DNA of 64,000 nt. Source: a virus. Both the position numbers and the translations under genes were made by a program. Below are positions 18,240 to 27,494 of this stretch, in pieces; position 1 is the stretch's first letter, and every line of letters starts with the position of its first letter. The DNA lies in IMG/VR virus record IMGVR_UViG_3300032116_000013, positions 96,001-160,000 of that record; one strand, 5' to 3'. The notes under the pieces are model-generated. The model saw nothing but the letters and a program-made list of their open reading frames with translations. It searched no databases and was not told where the DNA came from.

Positions 18240-19451
18240 ATGAAGATAACCTTAGATGAGAAGCCTGTATCCTATGAAGTTCTTCCAGAGTTTATTGAGG
18301 GCGGCGGTACTATAGGCGAAGACGGGGTCCCAGAAGTAGGCGTATCTTCTACTAAACAAACGCAAGAAAAATTAAGAGAGGCTATCAGATACAAAAAAAG
18401 TCAATTAAATGTTTTGACTTTTCCTCTAGATTTAAACCAAAAAGATATGCCTCATGTTCTGTTTAAGATTTTTCCAACAGTAACAGGAGAAGTTGAGTCT
18501 CAAAATCAAAATCCTACGCAAACCAGTATCGGGGCTGGGATAGGAGTAGTTGGGGAAAAATTCTCAGAAGTAGCAAATAAGGCTGCCGAGTTAGGTCGAC
18601 AGGGGTTAAATGCCGTTGAATCTAGCGGATCTTTAGGCGCTGCTGCAGTTAATGCTGCGACATATGGTGTAGATAAACTTAAAAGCGGCGTGACAGGTCT
18701 GGTGCAAAAAGGCGGAGAATCTATTATAGGCAGCGAAGATATAGTTGCAGACGTTAAGAAAAGTTTTAGCAACTTCTCTTTGAATAGAAATGCTGACCAA
18801 TTGGCTGCAGCCATTGCGCTTTTTATGCCAGATGGAATATCAACAAACTATAGCCATTCATATGATGAATTGAGTCTAACTTCAACCTTGGGTGGGGCAG
18901 GATTGTTCCTTCAGGCTTTAGGTTCTAAGACTGGTAGTGCAGCCACTAGAGACGCATTTATAGTTGAAGGGGCAGCATCTTTGGCAGGAAACGTCTTGCA
19001 AGTTTCGCCAGAACTGACCAATGCGTTAGTATTTGCTACAACTGGCAAGGCTATAAATCCTCAACTTGAGATGCTATACAAATCTCCTAACCTTAGAACT
19101 TTTACCTTCGACTTTAGACTCGTTCCTAGAAACCAATCAGAGGCTGCGACTATAGTTGGAATTATTAATCTGCTAAAACATCATTCTTCACCTGAGATTC
19201 CATCAGGAACGACTGGAAGATACTTTATTCCTCCATCTCGGTTTGAGATAGAATTCTATAATGATAAAACAGACTCCTCAAATCCATATTTGTTTAAAAC
19301 TAAGAAATGCGTTTTAACCGATATATCTGTCGACTATTCTCCAAATGGATATGCATCTTTTTATGATGGTGCTCCAGTTGAAACTAGATTGCAACTACAG
19401 TTTAAGGAAACAGTCATTCTGGATAAATTTGACGTATTAGCAGGATACTAA
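18240..19451 (+). CDS. 48: Baseplate tail tube cap gp48
   Basis: IALFMP, INPQLEMLY..P.LRTFTFDF...PRNQSEA, PSRFEIEF, CVLTDISVDYSP and LQFKET. Confidence 0.87.
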   Translation: MKITLDEKPVSYEVLPEFIEGGGTIGEDGVPEVGVSSTKQTQEKLREAIRYKKSQLNVLTFPLDLNQKDMPHVLFKIFPTVTGEVESQNQNPTQTSIGAGIGVVGEKFSEVANKAAELGRQGLNAVESSGSLGAAAVNAATYGVDKLKSGVTGLVQKGGESIIGSEDIVADVKKSFSNFSLNRNADQLAAAIALFMPDGISTNYSHSYDELSLTSTLGGAGLFLQALGSKTGSAATRDAFIVEGAASLAGNVLQVSPELTNALVFATTGKAINPQLEMLYKSPNLRTFTFDFRLVPRNQSEAATIVGIINLLKHHSSPEIPSGTTGRYFIPPSRFEIEFYNDKTDSSNPYLFKTKKCVLTDISVDYSPNGYASFYDGAPVETRLQLQFKETVILDKFDVLAGY

Positions 19452-19452
19452 G

Positions 19453-20142
19453 ATGCAATTCTTTCGATCAATACCTAAAACACTGTACTCATTTGATTTT
19501 AAAAATCAAAGCCCTAAAGTCATAACAAACATTTTTTCAAGGTTTAAAGTTAAGAGTTCAGTCTTAACTAATGCTTTTGCATTTAACAAGTATCAAATAG
19601 AAGATGGCGATACTCCAGAGATAGTGGCTTACAAACATTATGGCGACCCAAAGTTACACTGGATAATTTGCTTGACTAATGATCTGATAGATCCACAGTT
19701 TGATTTTCCTCTATCAGCACAATCTTTAGAAAACTATATCCTAAAAAAATACAATTTAAATACTATAGAAGAATCGTTTTCTATAAATCCGCCGCACCAT
19801 CACGTTTTAAAAATTGAAAAGACTCTTTCTGAAGTAAACGGTATAACATCAACAACTACAGAAGAATGCATAGTGACACTAGAACAATACAATCATATTT
19901 CGAATTCACTAGTCAATAAAATAACAAATTCACCAACCACAGAAACAATTGTGTTTAGACAGAATAACTCAGACCCTAATTCACCTATATCCTCAACTCT
20001 ATCAATAAAATCAACATACATACCAGTTTCTATTTTTGATTATGAAACTGAAGTTAATGAGTCTAAAAGACAAATTAAAATATTGAAACCCGAATATGCG
20101 CAAGCAATGAGTATGGAACTGGAAAATATTTTAAATGGCTGA
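19453..20142 (+). CDS. 53: Baseplate wedge protein gp53
   Basis: YQIEDGDTPEIVAYKHYGDPKLHWII, N..KRQIKILKP. Confidence 0.9.
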   Translation: MQFFRSIPKTLYSFDFKNQSPKVITNIFSRFKVKSSVLTNAFAFNKYQIEDGDTPEIVAYKHYGDPKLHWIICLTNDLIDPQFDFPLSAQSLENYILKKYNLNTIEESFSINPPHHHVLKIEKTLSEVNGITSTTTEECIVTLEQYNHISNSLVNKITNSPTTETIVFRQNNSDPNSPISSTLSIKSTYIPVSIFDYETEVNESKRQIKILKPEYAQAMSMELENILNG

Positions 20143-21517
20143 AGTTAATAGCGAAAAATCTGCTCTTACTTCGCAGAACAATACTTCGACTCGAGATGTT
20201 ATAGTTAATACTATCTCGATTATCACAGCACGCGGAGAAGTCATAGATATCTCCAGCCCACCGATTTATAACGTATTGAACATATATGAAGATATCTTTA
20301 AGAGTTGCATAACTGGAACAATACAAATATTTGACGGAATAAATTTAATCTCTAAGTTACAATTTAGAGGAAATGAGTTCATTAGAATCAGTTTTCAGCG
20401 CCCAAGAGAACCTGTAGATTCAATTAAATTTGATAAAATCTACAGAATCTACAAAGTTTCAAATCGACAACCTACTAAATCTCAAGATCAGACTTACGTT
20501 TTGCATTTTTGTTCTGAAGAGCAAATCTTCTCAAATCAAATAAACATATCAAAGGCATACACAGGAAAAACTGTAACTGATTATATCTTGAGTATTTGTA
20601 GAGAAAACTTAAAAATTCAAGAAAATAAACTTGGAGAATTTGAGCCATCCAGCGGAATTCAAAAAGTAATCGTTCCTAGAATATCTCCATTCGATGCAAT
20701 AAAATTGATGGAGAAAAAAGCATACAATGATACTGAATCGCCATATCTATTTTTTGAAAATAAAGACGGATATAATTTTGCCTCTCTGAGCAGATTATTT
20801 GCTAGAGGTGCTGTAACAAAACTAACTTATGATGGCGCTAAAATGGCAGTGGAGAAAAATTCTCCATATGTTAATTCAACAACCATATTAGATTTCAATA
20901 TTAAGAAGTCTATAGACCTTTGGGAAACAACTAAAAAATTAACATATTCTGGTAAATTGTCAACATTAGATTTAGTCAGACAAAAATATACAGAATATGA
21001 GTATACTGCTGCCAATTTAAATAAAAACAACTTTATAGACAAAGCAAATTTACCTGTTGGGAATTCTAAAAACAGAGATAATAAAAGTGTGTATGATGTT
21101 TATGACTCTAACTACTATTTTTCTTTGACAAACAAAGATCACTCACAAATAAACTATAGAAACACAGTCTATAGAGAAACAGATACAAACGTAGAAAGAG
21201 TATTGCTACAACGCGAAAGTCAGTTAAATCTATTAAATAACATTTTTATCGACTCTTGTACGGTGCCAGGTAACATGGCATTCTCAGTTGGGTATGTTGT
21301 CGAGTTAGATTTACCAGGATTTACAGTAAACTCTCAGTCAAATAGAGAACTTGACCCATATCTGTCAGGCAACTATCTAATAACAAACGTCAGACATGTA
21401 ATAGTTCCTTCTGGAGGACACCAAACAATTCTTTCTTTAGCCAAGAACTCGCTAAAAACTTCTGTCGGGTTCAGCGATTCTTCTTCTGAAAATTTCATAA
21501 AGGCTAGAAGTCTATGA
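20135..21517 (+). CDS. Baseplate hub protein (gp27-like)
   Basis: IYEDIFKSCITG, YLFFENKDGYNFASL, VPGN...VG.VV.L.LP and SGNYLITNVRH. Confidence 0.75.
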   Translation: MAEVNSEKSALTSQNNTSTRDVIVNTISIITARGEVIDISSPPIYNVLNIYEDIFKSCITGTIQIFDGINLISKLQFRGNEFIRISFQRPREPVDSIKFDKIYRIYKVSNRQPTKSQDQTYVLHFCSEEQIFSNQINISKAYTGKTVTDYILSICRENLKIQENKLGEFEPSSGIQKVIVPRISPFDAIKLMEKKAYNDTESPYLFFENKDGYNFASLSRLFARGAVTKLTYDGAKMAVEKNSPYVNSTTILDFNIKKSIDLWETTKKLTYSGKLSTLDLVRQKYTEYEYTAANLNKNNFIDKANLPVGNSKNRDNKSVYDVYDSNYYFSLTNKDHSQINYRNTVYRETDTNVERVLLQRESQLNLLNNIFIDSCTVPGNMAFSVGYVVELDLPGFTVNSQSNRELDPYLSGNYLITNVRHVIVPSGGHQTILSLAKNSLKTSVGFSDSSSENFIKARSL

Positions 21518-22887
21518 GTGATATTGAAAATTCTTACATGGGTATGGGTAGTTTCGTTTGGTGGTTCGGTGTAGTCGAAAGCCGAGATGATCCATTGCAT
21601 TTGGGCAGATGTAAGATTCGTTTCTTCGGCGCACACTCAGCAAATAAAAATGAGATTGCTACGGAAGATTTAGAATGGGCTCACCCAGTTGTTCCATTTG
21701 GATCTAACACAGTAAAGCCACCAGCAGAAGGCGAACACGTTTTTGGTTTCATGGCTGATGGTAAAAATGGCAAGTTTCCCATACTTCTAGGAACTGTTCC
21801 AGGAATACCTGAAGAATTTGAAGAATCAAATACTGGATTCTCCGATCCATACACTGAAGAACAAAAAGCCGAAGCAGGATTCCCTCGCGCTGTTGCTAAT
21901 TCTAGAATTACAACCAATGCATCTGGACCTAATGTAACAACTAAAACTCCAGCCAGATACCCGACTAAACACTTAAATGAGCCAACCACTCACAGACTTG
22001 CCAGACCGAGCCGAGCAGATGAAGGCGAGAATTATTTGGGTATTAGAGCAAGTTCTATTGAAGAAACTCCGATTAGTTTTCAGAGAAAAAACAGAGTCTC
22101 TGGTATTAAAACCTCAAATGGAACTTTCTGGAATGAGCCATTCCCTAGTTACAATGCAAAGTATCCATACAATTATGTGATCTATGGAGAATCTGGTCAT
22201 ACCATAGAAATAGACGATACTGCTGGATTCGAAAGAGTGCAAATTTCCCATAGAACTGGCTCAACGCTAGAATTTCTTCCAACAGGTTCAGTCAAGCAGA
22301 AAACATTTAATCACAAATATGACGTAACCATGGGTAACAGTAAAGAATACGTCAATGGTGATAAAAGTGAAACTGTGCAAGGCGATTCTTACATACGAGT
22401 CAATGGTAAACTAGTAATCGAAGCAGATTCCATTGAATTTATTTCTACTTCAGATTTAAAGTTGAAGGGCAAGAATATAAATGCAACCTCGCTACAGGAT
22501 ATAAATCTGCATGCTGATAACAATATCAGAGGAACTGCAATTAAACAAATGGACTTGAGAGGTGAAACTAAATTTGGCGCATTTGGCGGTTTGGGTGGCG
22601 CTGCTCTTTCAAGTTCTACCAGAGCAGTTGTACAGGCAACAGAAAGTGTTAAAATTTCAGCAGCAACAGTATTTACTGTAGGCTTGACTAGTATGATTGA
22701 TACTGTAATCACCAATGTTCTTCCTCCTGTGGTTGTATTGCCAAATTCACCTGAGGCTGCGCAACCAGCATCACGCTATAATAGAGCAGTGGCTAATAAT
22801 CTTGTAAAAACAACCTCATCTAATCGTAAAGAGTTTACTGATGTTTTCGCTAATGCTAATACGTCAGTTGCTCTTACCTCGGGCTAA
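21514..22887 (+). CDS. 5: Baseplate spike gp5 (OB fold plus beta-helix, no lysozyme domain)
   Basis: WWFGVVESRDDPLHLGRCKIR, VFGF..DG..P..LG and YPYNYV...SGHTIEIDDT. Confidence 0.9.
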   Translation: MSDIENSYMGMGSFVWWFGVVESRDDPLHLGRCKIRFFGAHSANKNEIATEDLEWAHPVVPFGSNTVKPPAEGEHVFGFMADGKNGKFPILLGTVPGIPEEFEESNTGFSDPYTEEQKAEAGFPRAVANSRITTNASGPNVTTKTPARYPTKHLNEPTTHRLARPSRADEGENYLGIRASSIEETPISFQRKNRVSGIKTSNGTFWNEPFPSYNAKYPYNYVIYGESGHTIEIDDTAGFERVQISHRTGSTLEFLPTGSVKQKTFNHKYDVTMGNSKEYVNGDKSETVQGDSYIRVNGKLVIEADSIEFISTSDLKLKGKNINATSLQDINLHADNNIRGTAIKQMDLRGETKFGAFGGLGGAALSSSTRAVVQATESVKISAATVFTVGLTSMIDTVITNVLPPVVVLPNSPEAAQPASRYNRAVANNLVKTTSSNRKEFTDVFANANTSVALTSG

Positions 22888-22894
22888 TAAATAA

Positions 22895-23053
22895 ATGTGT
22901 TGTTCAGCGCAAGATGTAAATAAGTTTCGTCCAATTTTTGAAAAAATTGTCAAAAATATCCCAATTACCAAAGAAGAATATGATTTTTGTCTCTCTTTGG
23001 ATTATCCTGTAGAAAAATTAAAGGTTAAGACCGAGGAGAACGTGCTTTCTTAA
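22895..23053 (+). CDS. 52-aa hypothetical protein, not in the ORF track
   Basis: My translation is MCCSAQDVNKFRPIFEKIVKNIPITKEEYDFCLSLDYPVEKLKVKTEENVLS. Confidence 0.5.
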   Translation: MCCSAQDVNKFRPIFEKIVKNIPITKEEYDFCLSLDYPVEKLKVKTEENVLS

Positions 23054-25008
23054 GTTTAAGTAAAGTCATAAAATGGATTTTATGTCTGATTGGCGGAATT
23101 CCGCTTCTGCAGACGCTTTCCATCACCTTCACGGGATCGCCTATCCCATTCGGAAAGACTAATTTTCCTCCAAAGGGCTTACAGGATCTAATAAAAACTA
23201 TTAAAGAAAATATTAAGGCTGGTAAAAGTTGGGTAAATGCTCAAAAAGACCATTTCAAAAACCCTATAACTCCTGCGCTAGATGATTTAAGTGCTAGTTT
23301 GCGTAAATGGACTGATAATGGGTTTGAAGGATTTAAAAATTCTCTGCCAGCCCTCTTCACAAATAATAGTTCTATAGTTTCTCAGGCTAGAACTAAATTG
23401 ATGGAAAAAATTGGTAATGCTCAAGGCGCAGCAAACCAAAAATTCCTAGGTTTTTCAATGTCTGAACTGAGTGTTCTAGGCGACACGCTATATGACTCAG
23501 TTCAATCGTTTAAAAATCACACCGATCAACTATCTGGTGTTGCTCCAGAAGATAAAACATTCGTAACAGTTCCAATTTATGGCAATGTTGCGATTTCAGG
23601 GGCTACTGTAAATGTTTCCAGCAGACTCATATTACCGAATACATCCAAAGAAGTGTATCCGTCTGTAGGTGTTGGCGATGTTTTGGTTGTTGGATGGAAA
23701 GAAGCAACTGTTATAGGCAAATTATACAATACTATTTCCACCGGAACGGTCAGCGTAGACGTCTCAGCCAACTCTGTAAAGGTCTTGAGCGACTCAGTTT
23801 CTACTCTAAACCTATCCAATCTATCCATTTATCCTGGTATGCACATTAGAGTTAATGGCGAGCCAAAAAGAGTATCTGAAATTGACCCTGCTGGACAGTT
23901 TTTAGTAGTCGAGACGCCATTCAGATCTTCTGCTCAGTCAGTTGAATTGGGTAAAGAGTATGCCATCTTAACTAATACTCAGTTCCCATCAACGCTTGAG
24001 GCTCAAAAAGATTTAACTGTAAACGTCAAATCAGAATTTATTGCAAGTAGTCTCTGTTTGGATACCTTTATATCTGGAATCGGCGTAGATTTTACGGGTG
24101 TGCTGGCTGTTAATGATAAGGTTTTGTATGACGAGAAAGAATTTTACGTTGTTTCAGTCCAACAAGATAAAATTGAAGTTGATGCGCCGTTAACATTACT
24201 CAATAACAAACCAATTAAAAAGATTATGTCTGAGTCATCCTTCATTAGACTTAACGAAGGAATGAACGTTGATGACATTTTAAGTACATTTGATGCCCTA
24301 GACCAACTTACAGGGAATATGGGTGGAAATTTAACTGAGGATTTGAGTACAAGATATCTTGCTCCAACTGGAGAGGTCAGAGTTGTACAAGCCAGAAACC
24401 CATCAGACGTTACTAAATCGTTGACACAGAGCAAACTTATCAGTAATGTGAATAAACTTGTTAAAGATCTAGTGGAAGATCTACAAGACGACGCAATTAG
24501 ATCATTTACGGATAGTCAACTCGCTGTATATCTAGACGAAAAGACCACTTTGGTTGATGATACTATAAAACAGGTAAACACGATCATAGAAGATGACCTC
24601 AAAGCATTTAATGCCGTTAAGGGTCTATTGAATGGTCTATTGAAAATGTTCAATATCTCTTGCTCTAAGAAGAAATCCTCGACTGGAAATACAACCTCAG
24701 ACGACTATCTAGACCTCATATTGGCTCCAGATCCAAAAACACACCCAGATGGTTGCGCCGCCACAAAGAGCAATTTAATCCAGACTTTTGACCAGATAGA
24801 TGCCGATTTTAAGACTCCAGATATTCCAGATCGCGAGTTTGAGCCATTCGTAGACGATGGCGGTGGAAGAACAGTCGAAAATGACGATCCATACCCAGAC
24901 TTTGAAGAAGAACAAGAAAGATCAACTGGAAATGATGGCGATATTATTATCGGTCCAGAGCCAACTGATCCTCCTGAAGTCGTTGATCCTTGCGCGAAAC
25001 CTTGCTAA
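23029..25008 (+). CDS. Large virion-associated hypothetical protein; true start uncertain (frame open from 23029, first TTG at 23299)
   Basis: 90 stop-free codons upstream of the called start; internal beta repeats, an acidic tail and a terminal CAKPC. Confidence 0.6.
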   Translation, partial: DRGERAFLSLSKVIKWILCLIGGIPLLQTLSITFTGSPIPFGKTNFPPKGLQDLIKTIKENIKAGKSWVNAQKDHFKNPITPALDDLSASLRKWTDNGFEGFKNSLPALFTNNSSIVSQARTKLMEKIGNAQGAANQKFLGFSMSELSVLGDTLYDSVQSFKNHTDQLSGVAPEDKTFVTVPIYGNVAISGATVNVSSRLILPNTSKEVYPSVGVGDVLVVGWKEATVIGKLYNTISTGTVSVDVSANSVKVLSDSVSTLNLSNLSIYPGMHIRVNGEPKRVSEIDPAGQFLVVETPFRSSAQSVELGKEYAILTNTQFPSTLEAQKDLTVNVKSEFIASSLCLDTFISGIGVDFTGVLAVNDKVLYDEKEFYVVSVQQDKIEVDAPLTLLNNKPIKKIMSESSFIRLNEGMNVDDILSTFDALDQLTGNMGGNLTEDLSTRYLAPTGEVRVVQARNPSDVTKSLTQSKLISNVNKLVKDLVEDLQDDAIRSFTDSQLAVYLDEKTTLVDDTIKQVNTIIEDDLKAFNAVKGLLNGLLKMFNISCSKKKSSTGNTTSDDYLDLILAPDPKTHPDGCAATKSNLIQTFDQIDADFKTPDIPDREFEPFVDDGGGRTVENDDPYPDFEEEQERSTGNDGDIIIGPEPTDPPEVVDPCAKPC

Positions 25009-25032
25009 ATACTACGAAAATGGGAATATTAA

Positions 25033-25425
25033 ATGTCGTTAGAAGTTAGAGAGTATAAAGACCTAAATTTGAACTTCCAGGCTCACCCAGTCACAAAAGA
25101 TTTGGTGAAAAGAACTGGCAATTCAGCCATTATAGGTGCAATTAGAAACCTTCTACTCACTAATAGATTTGAAAAACCGTTCCAGCCTAACTATGGGTCA
25201 AGGGTTAGAAGTTTATTATTCGAAGATGTTTCATTTATTATTGCAAATGTACTTAGAACCGAAATAGAAAATACAATAACTAATTATGAACCTCGTGTTA
25301 CCATACAGTCATTAAAAGTTGAGGCTCAGCCTGAAGAAAACAGATATGTTGTTTCTTTGAGTTTCTACACTAATAATTTAGAAGCACCCGTAACTATTAA
25401 TCTATTCCTAGAAAAGGTCCGCTGA
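25033..25425 (+). CDS. 25: Baseplate wedge subunit gp25
   Basis: YKDLNLNF..HPVT.D, IRNLLLT...EKPFQPNYGS and NYEPRV. Confidence 0.93.
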   Translation: MSLEVREYKDLNLNFQAHPVTKDLVKRTGNSAIIGAIRNLLLTNRFEKPFQPNYGSRVRSLLFEDVSFIIANVLRTEIENTITNYEPRVTIQSLKVEAQPEENRYVVSLSFYTNNLEAPVTINLFLEKVR

Positions 25426-27494
25426 TGGCAAATACAGACCAAAAACTGGTTATAACAGAGTTAGACTTCTCTGATATTAAGAATAATCTCAAGAACTTTT
25501 TGCGCGATCAGTCAGAATTTACTGACTTTGACTTCGAGGCTGCTGGCATAAATGTGCTATTGGATATTCTAGCATATAATACTCACTACATGTCATATTA
25601 CAACAATATGATTGCTAATGAAATGTTTTTGGATACAGCGGTTCTAAGAGATTCAGTTGTTTCTCACGCTAAACTATTAGGCTATACGCCAGTCTCTAGC
25701 ACAGCAGCCAGAGCAAAAATTGATCTACAGATCACCAGACCAATTAATAATTCAGAAATCTCGCTAACTCTGCCTAAATTCACCAAATTCCAATCTTCTC
25801 CTATTGACTCAATTTCATATACTTTTGTCAATACAGAAGCAACTGTAGGTAAATATGATCCTGCCTGTGGAAGATTTTGTTTCGATGATCTCTACATCAA
25901 ACAAGGTCAGCCACTATCTTATACGTTTGCATTTAATGCAACTAATAATCCTGCTCAAACATTTGAACTTCCTGATACTGGAATAGATACTAGCACTCTA
26001 GAAGTTGTAGTTCAAGAATCTGCAACAAGTTTAAAGTCAGAAAAGTTTACACTGTCAACTGATGCAACTACCGTCACAACTACTTCCCCTGTTTTTTACA
26101 TAGACGAAAGCAGAAATGGAAAGTACAAAATCTATTTCGGCGATAATGTGATAGGTAAAGGATTAACTAATGGAAATTTAGTTACTGCAACTTATCTAAA
26201 GACCAATGGCGCTTCTGCAAACAAAGCCAATGCATTTACTTTGATTGAAAGCGTAAATGGTCTAAGTACGCACATCATTTATCCTTTGGAGGCAGCCAGT
26301 GGTGGTGCATCTCAAGAATCAGTCGATAGAGTTAGAACTATTGCACCAAAAGTTTTCGTATCAGGTAATCGTGGCGTAACTACTGGCGATATTATTTCTC
26401 TCATTAATGCAAAATATCCATATTTTGAATCAGTAAATGTTTGGGGTGGAGAACAAAATGATCCGCCAGTTTATGGTAAAGTATTTGTCGCTGCTAAACC
26501 AACTATTGGATATGAAATAACTGAATCAGAAAAATTAAATGTTATCAACAACATCATTAAACCTCTCTGTGTGGCAACTGTAATTCCAGAGTTTGCTGAT
26601 GTTGACTATAATTTCTTAAATGTTTTCGCAACAGTATACTACGATCCAACAAAAACAACAAGATCTGAAGATGCTATAAAAACTTTAGTTAGAAATGCAA
26701 TTATAACATACAGAAATAATGAATTGAATGATTTTAATAGTAAATTTAAAATCTCAAAGTTACTAAGAAATATTGATGACTGCGAAATTTCTATCGGATA
26801 TAGCGATGCACAATGCACCATTCAAAAGAGAATAGTTCCTCAATTAAATACAGAAAGAAACTACACCTTCAATTTCGGCGTTCCTATTTCAAGAGAAGAT
26901 CCAAAATATAGAATTTTCTCATCTCCAGGATACACTCAATATGATGCACAAGGTGTTCTAAGAACTTGTTTTATTGAAGAAACTCCTGGATCATCTTCTG
27001 GAATTGAAAAAATTTCAATTCTATCATCTACTAAAATTTATGAGTCTAGTCCTTCCATAGTAATATCTGGAGATGGCGTAGGAGCAAATGCTTATCCAGT
27101 ATTAGTAAACGGAAAACTTACATCAGTTGTTGTAGATAATCCTGGAATTAACTATAAATCAGCAACGGCATATTTGTACTATCAAGATGAATTACAAACT
27201 TCTGCAACGTTCTCTGTTTCAGTTCAAGGCAGATATGGTATTTTAAGAAGTTACTATTTTGATGAGAATAATATTAAAACCATATTTAATCCTAAAGTAG
27301 GAACAGTTGATTATTTTGATGGCAAGATAACTTTGTCGCAATTAAATCCAGTTGATGTTTTGGATACATCAAAGGCTTTAACAGTTACTGCTAAACCAGC
27401 AACTAATTATTTTAGTTCATCTAGAAATAGAATTCTAACAATAGATGATACAGATACAGTTTCTATTAACATCGAAGTTCAAGCAATCGAATAA
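25425..27494 (+). CDS. 6: Baseplate wedge subunit gp6
   Basis: ELDFSDIKNNLK.FL, DFDFE, LDILAYNTHY and NEMFLDTA.LRDSVVSHAKLLGYTP. Confidence 0.95.
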   Translation: MANTDQKLVITELDFSDIKNNLKNFLRDQSEFTDFDFEAAGINVLLDILAYNTHYMSYYNNMIANEMFLDTAVLRDSVVSHAKLLGYTPVSSTAARAKIDLQITRPINNSEISLTLPKFTKFQSSPIDSISYTFVNTEATVGKYDPACGRFCFDDLYIKQGQPLSYTFAFNATNNPAQTFELPDTGIDTSTLEVVVQESATSLKSEKFTLSTDATTVTTTSPVFYIDESRNGKYKIYFGDNVIGKGLTNGNLVTATYLKTNGASANKANAFTLIESVNGLSTHIIYPLEAASGGASQESVDRVRTIAPKVFVSGNRGVTTGDIISLINAKYPYFESVNVWGGEQNDPPVYGKVFVAAKPTIGYEITESEKLNVINNIIKPLCVATVIPEFADVDYNFLNVFATVYYDPTKTTRSEDAIKTLVRNAIITYRNNELNDFNSKFKISKLLRNIDDCEISIGYSDAQCTIQKRIVPQLNTERNYTFNFGVPISREDPKYRIFSSPGYTQYDAQGVLRTCFIEETPGSSSGIEKISILSSTKIYESSPSIVISGDGVGANAYPVLVNGKLTSVVVDNPGINYKSATAYLYYQDELQTSATFSVSVQGRYGILRSYYFDENNIKTIFNPKVGTVDYFDGKITLSQLNPVDVLDTSKALTVTAKPATNYFSSSRNRILTIDDTDTVSINIEVQAIE

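Noticed and set aside
23073-23162. 29-aa ATG-initiated ORF in frame 3
   Set aside because: It is nested inside the longer open frame, has no good SD and shows no motif.
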